This document shows positions 58,277-64,000 of a stretch of DNA of 64,000 bases, one piece after another; positions within the stretch are counted from its first letter, which is position 1; every line of letters begins with the position of its first letter. The translations under genes and the position numbers were made by a program. The notes beneath the pieces were generated by a model. It saw only the letters and a list, made by a program, of their open reading frames with translations. It made no database searches and was not told the DNA's origin. The DNA comes from Candidatus Micrarchaeota archaeon (GTDB taxonomy: Archaea; B1Sed10-29; B47-G15). The DNA is taken from NCBI GenBank assembly GCA_003660975.1, contig QMVG01000001.1:1-64000 (forward strand). Direction: 5' to 3'.

Positions 58277-58909
58277 ATGCTAACTGATATTTTTGGTGAT
58301 TCAATGTTCAAAACAGCTTTGGACTGCATAGTAAATCCGTCAAAAGGCATAAAGCTCGCATCAAAGAAAACTGTGGGACAAGGGATAACAGTTCTAATAG
58401 CAGGGATAATAATAGCTGCTTTGCTTGATGGCTTGTCCGCTTACTTGGGCACACCTTTTTTCTTTGCTCAAGGTATAATGACAAACGCAAGTGGAGAGTT
58501 CAGCTCTGCGTTCAGCAATTCACTTCTGTCATTAGCAACAGTATTTATTGTGCTGACAGTTACCGTTGCTGTGATAATGAACGCCCTAGGACATAGAAAG
58601 AACACGCTTAAGTTCATATCAACTGTCTCTTTTCCATTTGCAGCCATGAGCGTAGTGGTCGCAGTAATAAACTTAGTAATAATAGCAATAGCACTGCTGC
58701 AAGCAGTATCATTAGTGATAGGTATTACAGGCTACCTCTTTTTCCTGACAACAGTTTACGCATATATACTTTACGCTAAAAGCATAAGTGAGCATTATAA
58801 AGTTAGCATGGAAAAGGCAGCTGCAGTGATAATATTGGTAATAATTGTGGCGAATCTGAGCAGTATGGCTTTTGCAATAGGCAACTTGATGTCAGGCATC
58901 AGCTTTTAA
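58277..58909 (+). CDS. Yip1 domain membrane protein
   Basis: CIVNPSKG, LGHRKN..KF, SISEHYKVSMEKAA. Confidence 0.7.
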   Translation: MLTDIFGDSMFKTALDCIVNPSKGIKLASKKTVGQGITVLIAGIIIAALLDGLSAYLGTPFFFAQGIMTNASGEFSSAFSNSLLSLATVFIVLTVTVAVIMNALGHRKNTLKFISTVSFPFAAMSVVVAVINLVIIAIALLQAVSLVIGITGYLFFLTTVYAYILYAKSISEHYKVSMEKAAAVIILVIIVANLSSMAFAIGNLMSGISF

Positions 58910-59920
58910 GAGCTTTATGTCCAAAACCACTTGAACCGTGCTGGGGCTGTAAGGCCTCGCTATTCTCTTGTTTATTATCTTGAATGCTATTCCCTCTTTA
59001 TCTGCCTCCTCCTTTACGATTTCCTCTGCGTATTCAAAAGCGTTGTCTTTCGGCGCGAACTGGTAGTAGTGAACGACAGCATCGGCTTTTGCTATCTTAA
59101 AAGCATATTTGAGAAAATGCCTCGCACCTTCTGGTAAGGGCATTATAATCCTATCGCATCTTTCAGCTATTCTCTTGTATGCAACTGAAACATCCCCTTT
59201 TATCGGGATAATGATATTTTCCATGTGGTTAAGTGATATGTTTTTAACAAGAAGCCTATATGCCTCTGGATTCAGCTCTATCGCGTATATTTTAACATTT
59301 TTCTGCTTCTTTCCTATGACTAAAGCAAATGGTCCTACCCCTGCAAAAAAATAGGCTATCCTCTCTCCTGCTTTTACCTGCGATGCAATCCTTTCCCGCT
59401 CGTGAGACAGCCTTGGCGTGAAGTAAACTTTATTTACATCAACCAGCATTCTTGCCCCTGATTCCTTATGCTCAGTTAAGGTCCTCTTATCACCGCCTAT
59501 AACCTCAACAGGCCGTATCCTAAAAACACCTCCGTGCTTCCCTGCTCTTTTGCAGACTGTCTTCACGTGTTTATGGACCTTCATTATTGCTTCTGCAATG
59601 TCCTTCTCATACCTCTCTAGGCCTTTCCCAATCTCAATGACTGCTATGTCCCCTATTATATCGAAACTCTTTGTAAGCTTGGACAATTCGTCTTCACTGA
59701 GACGGTCTTTAAGAGCCTCCTCTAAACTGAAATAGCTTTGTTCAGCGGCTTTTAGCTTCTTTTCTACAGTCTCGTAGCCTTTTACCTTGTCTTTAATAGG
59801 AAAGTAAACATAAGCTGAGTCAAAAAAAGTTTTGTAGCGCTTGTCAAAGACACCTATCTCTACCAAATGTTTTCTCGTCTTTTCAGCATCCTTTTTCCTA
59901 ACCTTTACACAAAGCACCAT
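58892..59920 (-). CDS. trm5: Trm5/Met-10+ family tRNA (m1G37-type) methyltransferase
   Basis: SFDIIGDIAVI, HKESG, VYFTPRLSHERERI, FAGVGPF, ELNP.A, DRIIMPLP, RPYSP. Confidence 0.9.
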   Translation of the reverse strand: MVLCVKVRKKDAEKTRKHLVEIGVFDKRYKTFFDSAYVYFPIKDKVKGYETVEKKLKAAEQSYFSLEEALKDRLSEDELSKLTKSFDIIGDIAVIEIGKGLERYEKDIAEAIMKVHKHVKTVCKRAGKHGGVFRIRPVEVIGGDKRTLTEHKESGARMLVDVNKVYFTPRLSHERERIASQVKAGERIAYFFAGVGPFALVIGKKQKNVKIYAIELNPEAYRLLVKNISLNHMENIIIPIKGDVSVAYKRIAERCDRIIMPLPEGARHFLKYAFKIAKADAVVHYYQFAPKDNAFEYAEEIVKEEADKEGIAFKIINKRIARPYSPSTVQVVLDIKLLKADA

Positions 59921-59954
59921 AATTGTTTATTAAACAAGATTCAATAAAAGAGTT

Positions 59955-60737
59955 ATGACCTTTTTTGATGACTATTTCGTAAAACCAATCATAGAGGGAA
60001 GCGGTTATAATATTGTAAATACAGTGACATATGGCCTTCTTTTTATAATCTCCCTATTCGCTGTCAAAAAAATACTCGTTCACCTGCAAATAAAAACAGA
60101 CAAAAAACTATGGTGGAAACTTACTCCTCTTGTGATTTCCGCAGGTTTACTGAGGGCATTGCAGGACCATCACTTATTCTCATTTATGGCTTTGTTTCAA
60201 TACCTTTTCGTAACCCCTTTCATTTACCTGCTTATCTTCGCTATAGCTATAACGCTGCTTTTACTTGAAAGAAAAATTAAAAACATAACAATATATGTCT
60301 CTTCTGTAATGGCCATCTTTCTTTTCTTTTTTGTTGCTGTAATGGCAAGGCAATGGTATTATTTTAGTATTGCGATTGCTTTGCTCGTCCTCTCTATATC
60401 TATCACTTTCCTGCTGATGAAAATTACAAGGATGAAGTTTATGGATAAAATAAACTGGAGTGTTGTGGTTGCCCAAACTCTAGATGCCTGCTCCAGCTTT
60501 ACAGCCATATCGGTAATGGGAAGCTTTGCTGAACAACATGTAGTTCCAAACATTATATTTTCACAATTGCCTTTCTACCTTTTCATACCATTAAAAGTGT
60601 CTCTGGCAGTGTTTGCTGTGTATGTAATAGATAGGGAAGTTAGAGGCGCATGGAATTGGTTGTTAAAATTCAGCATACTTGTTTTGGGCTTAGGGCCTGG
60701 AACACGAAATTTAATGACAATGTTAATAAGTAATTAG
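59955..60737 (+). CDS. DUF63 family membrane protein
   Basis: YFVKPI..GSGYNIVNTVTYG, LRALQD, Q.LDA, EQHVVP, LGLGPGTRN. Confidence 0.85.
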   Translation: MTFFDDYFVKPIIEGSGYNIVNTVTYGLLFIISLFAVKKILVHLQIKTDKKLWWKLTPLVISAGLLRALQDHHLFSFMALFQYLFVTPFIYLLIFAIAITLLLLERKIKNITIYVSSVMAIFLFFFVAVMARQWYYFSIAIALLVLSISITFLLMKITRMKFMDKINWSVVVAQTLDACSSFTAISVMGSFAEQHVVPNIIFSQLPFYLFIPLKVSLAVFAVYVIDREVRGAWNWLLKFSILVLGLGPGTRNLMTMLISN

Positions 60738-60785
60738 AGAAACAACGGCAAACAGTAATAAATATGTTTATTCTAAAAAATGTGA

Positions 60786-60858
60786 GCGCCAGTAGTCTAG
60801 CCTGGTAGGACTTTGGCTTCCCAAGCCAACGACCCGGGTTCAAATCCCGGCTGGCGCA
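60786..60858 (+). tRNA. tRNA-Gly(CCC)
   Basis: Acceptor GCGCCAG/CTGGCGC, anticodon arm TTGGC-TTCCCAA-GCCAA, T arm CCGGGTTCAAATCCCGG. Confidence 0.95.
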
Positions 60859-60938
60859 TTTCACAAGCTTTGAAGGCAAGCTATAAGCTGTCAAAAAATA
60901 AAAACTAAAAAATAAGCCGAACTTCCTAAAAAATTTTC

Positions 60939-61226
60939 TTATCTTTCAACCTTCATTTCTCCATTTCGGCCTATATTAACTTGCAGCTCGCCGTTCCATT
61001 CCTTTGTGTAAGCTCCTTTTATGCTTATTTTGTCTCCTTCCTCAACTTGGTCTACTTGCTTACCCCAAAGGGTGAGTTTCACTGAGCCACTGTCATCCTC
61101 TATCACTGCGTTAGATACTCTATTTGGTCCATACTTTGTTGTTATCTGCTTTGTTTCTCCTTTTTCTTTAACAGTGGCCTCAAGATCGACGTCTTGCATG
61201 CCTGCCTTAAGCTCAGCAATTTTCAT
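60939..61226 (-). CDS. Single OB-fold ssDNA-binding protein (SSB/RPA-like)
   Basis: MKIAELKAG..V.L...V, DDSGSVKLTLW, GAY.KEWNG.LQVNIG..G. Confidence 0.9.
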   Translation of the reverse strand: MKIAELKAGMQDVDLEATVKEKGETKQITTKYGPNRVSNAVIEDDSGSVKLTLWGKQVDQVEEGDKISIKGAYTKEWNGELQVNIGRNGEMKVER

Positions 61227-61235
61227 TTTTTCACC

Positions 61236-61652
61236 TCATTTTTCAAAAAGTTTTTTCTTAAACGCGTCCTCCACCATCTTTGAATGGTCAAAACCAAGAG
61301 GGTGCGGGATTTTGTCTAGGGGAAAATATCTGGCTTCCTCTGCATCACTGCCAGCCCTTGCATCCTCATTTGTGCGCACATAAAAGCAAACAGATATTGC
61401 TCTTGGTTCTCTTGGGTCCCTGTCTGGGTCTGAATAAACCCCAACAAGTTTCAAGCTGTTTAGATTAACAGAGATTGAAGTCTCTTCCTTAAGCTCTCTT
61501 ACAGCTGCTTCTTCAACTGTCTCATTCTTGTCTACATGGCCTCCTGGCAAGCACCACTTATCCTTAAATGGTTCCTGCTTTCTCCTTATAAGAAGAATGC
61601 CCTTGTCTGACTCGACAATCAAATCAACAGCCACCCTGTAGAGATCTGCCAT
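61236..61652 (-). CDS. NUDIX hydrolase (ADP-ribose pyrophosphatase-like)
   Basis: Nudix box GGHVDKNETVEEAAVRELKEET, VYSDPDRDPR, GFDH. Confidence 0.92.
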   Translation of the reverse strand: MADLYRVAVDLIVESDKGILLIRRKQEPFKDKWCLPGGHVDKNETVEEAAVRELKEETSISVNLNSLKLVGVYSDPDRDPREPRAISVCFYVRTNEDARAGSDAEEARYFPLDKIPHPLGFDHSKMVEDAFKKKLFEK

Positions 61653-61700
61653 GTACTCCCCTAAAACAATAACAAGACCAAAAAAGTAAAGGTCTCCAAC

Positions 61701-61913
61701 TCATATCTCTTTTAGGGTCTTTATGAAGAATTCTTTTATTTCTTCTTCAGCTGGGAAACCTATTCCTGCTTTGTATCTCTTGTCACCTGTTCTCGTGTAA
61801 TATCCCTTTGAAAGAGATATGAACTCTGCATCTTCTACTTTCTTTCTTGCTATCTCAATAAAATTGTTCCCATACTTGTATTCTTCAGATTTTATTGTTT
61901 CATATTCTGCCAT
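61701..61913 (-). CDS. Small PC4/PUR-like nucleic acid-binding protein
   Basis: 70 aa, NFIEIARK...FISLSKGYY...G.KRYK.GIGF followed by a helix; AGGAG RBS; start re-chosen. Confidence 0.55.
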   Translation of the reverse strand: MAEYETIKSEEYKYGNNFIEIARKKVEDAEFISLSKGYYTRTGDKRYKAGIGFPAEEEIKEFFIKTLKEI

Positions 61914-62014
61914 GTATTTCACACTCCTATGGTTGTACATTAATTTCTGTTAATCAGGTATAAAAAGGAGTAGCTTACACAGGGTTATTAAAATGAGAAA
62001 AAAGTAATTTAACT

Positions 62015-63142
62015 ATGATTTATGCTTTTGTGTTCGGTAAAAACTGGAAGCTCAGCTTGGCTGAAATTTTGTCGTATTTTGAATATAGGGAAATAAAGTG
62101 GTCATTTGTGGATTTAAGCAAAAAAGCAATCGTGGTTGATACAGAAATCTCCCCACAGGACACCATAAGTGATTTAGGTGGCACGCTTAAGATAGTAAAA
62201 ATTGAAAAGCAATTCCCTTTTGCTGAATTGTTTAGCCAAGATTTTGGGGACTGGACAGAGAGGCCAATAAGCGTATATGGTTCGTATAAGCTTCTTCATA
62301 ACATAAGAAAAGTATTTAACATTGTCCCGAAAGACAAGGTTCTCTCTCACACAGAGATTATTTCCAAGGGCTTGAAAGAATCAGCCCTTATTTTTGGACT
62401 TAAAACTTGTTACTGGGGGAAGACTGTGGCAGTAAGCAACCCTTTTGGGTTCAAAAAAAGAGACATTCAAAAACCTGCCCAAAGAACAAGATTAGCCATA
62501 TCTCCATCAAGAGCAAGGATATTGTTAAATTTAAGCCAGGCGAAAGAAAATGTCTTGGACCCCTTTTGTGGTGTTGGGACCATAGCAGTTGAGGCGATAT
62601 TCCATGGGATTAAAAGGGTATATATAAGTGATTACGACAAAGAGGTATTGAAAGATGCTGAGAAAAATGTTAGGTGGGCCAAAAAAGTGGCAGGCTCAAA
62701 TGCAAAGGTAATCATAAAACACTGCGACGCGAGAAAAATTTCTGAATGTTTTTCGAAGGTAGAGGCAGTTGCAACAGAACCTGATCTTGGTGTAAGTTTA
62801 AAAAGAAGGCCAAGTAAAGCAGACGCAAGACAGATAATATTATACTTAAAACCTCTTTACAAAAAGTTCATGAATAGCCTGCGTGATTGTTTAGAGTTGG
62901 GGGGAAGAGTGGCAATTACATTGCCTTGTATAAATTCAAAGTCAGGCAAGGTGTATGCAGGTAAATTCTTTCTGGGTTATGAGCTAGTAGACCCTTTTGA
63001 AAGCATAGCTCAGAGATACAGGGAGTTCTTAAAGTTAGATGGAAAGACAGTGCTTGATGAGGAAAGGGAAAAAGGCGTTAAAAGAAACGTCATAAGAGAG
63101 TTTTGTGTGTATAGGTTGAGAGAAAAAGCAACAAAAAAATAA
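62015..63142 (+). CDS. Trm11/TrmG10-like SAM-dependent RNA methyltransferase
   Basis: FGKN..LSLAE, LGGTLKI, ARILLNL, LDPFCGVGTI..EA, DAR, ATEPDLG. Confidence 0.8.
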   Translation: MIYAFVFGKNWKLSLAEILSYFEYREIKWSFVDLSKKAIVVDTEISPQDTISDLGGTLKIVKIEKQFPFAELFSQDFGDWTERPISVYGSYKLLHNIRKVFNIVPKDKVLSHTEIISKGLKESALIFGLKTCYWGKTVAVSNPFGFKKRDIQKPAQRTRLAISPSRARILLNLSQAKENVLDPFCGVGTIAVEAIFHGIKRVYISDYDKEVLKDAEKNVRWAKKVAGSNAKVIIKHCDARKISECFSKVEAVATEPDLGVSLKRRPSKADARQIILYLKPLYKKFMNSLRDCLELGGRVAITLPCINSKSGKVYAGKFFLGYELVDPFESIAQRYREFLKLDGKTVLDEEREKGVKRNVIREFCVYRLREKATKK

Positions 63143-63184
63143 TAAACATAAAGCGTTTATTATATGGAAAGGAGAGTGAACGTC

Positions 63185-64000
63185 ATGTCTGAATTCATAA
63201 AGTTTTTTGATGAGCTAAGTAAAGAAGATGTTTCCCTTGTTGGTGGAAAAAACGCAAACCTGGGTGAGATGATAAGCAAGGCAAACGTGCCTGTGCCTTT
63301 TGGTTTCGCTATAACTGCCAAAGCATATCAATACTTTATCGAAAAAAACAACCTATATAGCAAAATCTCTGTTGAAATGAAGAGGTTAACTGACATTAAT
63401 GACACTAAAACACTACAAAGCGTGGGTAAAAACATCAGGGAAATGATTGAAGGAGCAGATATACCAGAGGATTTAGAGCAAGAGATAAAAGAGAGTTACC
63501 GAAAACTAGCAGAAAAAATAGGCATTGAAAAGCCCTTTGTTGCTGTAAGGTCAAGTGCAACAGCGGAAGATTTGCCAGGTGCTTCTTTTGCTGGCCAGCA
63601 GGAAACATATTTAAATGTCAGGGGAGAGGAAGAACTAATAGAAAAAACAAAAAAGTGTTTTGCATCTCTCTTTACAGACAGAGCTATTTTTTACAGGATA
63701 GAGAAAGGTTTTGATTGGAGGAAGGTCAGCCTCAGCGTAGGCGTTCAAAAAATGGTTAACTCAAAGGCCGCTGGTGTGATGTTTACCTTGGATGTAAGAA
63801 ATGGAGATACAAGCAAAATAGTTATAGAAGGGGCTTGGGGGCTTGGAGAGTACATTGTGCAAGGCACTGTGACCCCGGACCACTGGCTTGTTGATAAGGA
63901 AACAATGAAGATAGTTGAGACAAAGATAAGTGATAAGCCAATTATGCTGCTTAGAGCCCCTGGAGGGGGCAATATAGAACAAACAGTTATGGAGGATATG
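63185..64000 (+). CDS. ppsA: Phosphoenolpyruvate synthase, 3'-truncated by the window end (not in the ORF track)
   Basis: Manual translation MSEFIKFF...VGGKNANLGEM...VPVPFGF...VAVRSSATAEDLPGASFAGQQETYLN...FASLFTDRAIFYR...VQKMV...AAGVMFT...WGLGE.IVQG.VTPD. Confidence 0.95.
   Translation, partial: MSEFIKFFDELSKEDVSLVGGKNANLGEMISKANVPVPFGFAITAKAYQYFIEKNNLYSKISVEMKRLTDINDTKTLQSVGKNIREMIEGADIPEDLEQEIKESYRKLAEKIGIEKPFVAVRSSATAEDLPGASFAGQQETYLNVRGEEELIEKTKKCFASLFTDRAIFYRIEKGFDWRKVSLSVGVQKMVNSKAAGVMFTLDVRNGDTSKIVIEGAWGLGEYIVQGTVTPDHWLVDKETMKIVETKISDKPIMLLRAPGGGNIEQTVMEDM

Noticed and set aside
55809-60858. Introns or split halves in the three tRNA genes
   Set aside because: Each folds into a complete cloverleaf of normal length with a 7-nt anticodon loop.
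60670-60894. 74-aa ORF (CASRDLNPGRWLGKP...)
   Set aside because: It is the antisense translation of tRNA-Gly.
1-64000. Numerous 60-200 aa antisense or alternate-frame ORFs in the track (e.g. 18492-19088, 42187-42777, 49679-50173, 22131-22619)
   Set aside because: They lie opposite well-supported genes and have the Ser/Phe/Leu-rich composition typical of antisense shadows of purine-rich coding strands.
1-64000. CRISPR array, transposase, integrase or rRNA
   Set aside because: No regularly spaced direct repeats and no recognisable Cas, DDE, HUH or tyrosine-recombinase motifs, nor rRNA sequence, were seen.

Overview
Archaeal chromosomal DNA with a dense, overlapping gene layout, TATA-box and leaderless starts, GGTGA-type RBSs, a family B DNA polymerase, PAC2, Trm5 and three tRNAs without encoded CCA. 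The gene content suggests a DPANN lineage; this is inferred, not established. About 50 kb (1-51427) is a cell-surface and contact superlocus. It holds three separate type IV pilus/secretion ATPase + TadC modules, one with an N-terminal polyferredoxin domain, and about 13 class III signal-peptide proteins, including a 46-aa mini-pilin missed by the ORF track. It also holds an exosortase/archaeosortase-family gene, three giant surface proteins (one with an LPWTP-TM-RRRR tail and internal Gly/Ala-rich hydrophobic hairpins), an operon of eight small membrane proteins containing two paralogous families, a degenerate HerA/VirB4-like ATPase and two coiled-coil proteins. The remaining part (51.5-64 kb) is housekeeping: polB, map, tRNA-Arg/Leu/Gly, a nucleotidyltransferase, three Yip1-like proteins, Trm5, DUF63, SSB, NUDIX, a PC4-like protein, a Trm11-like methyltransferase and a partial ppsA. 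No CRISPR array, rRNA, transposase or integrase was seen. All family calls come from motif recognition by eye; no searches were run.
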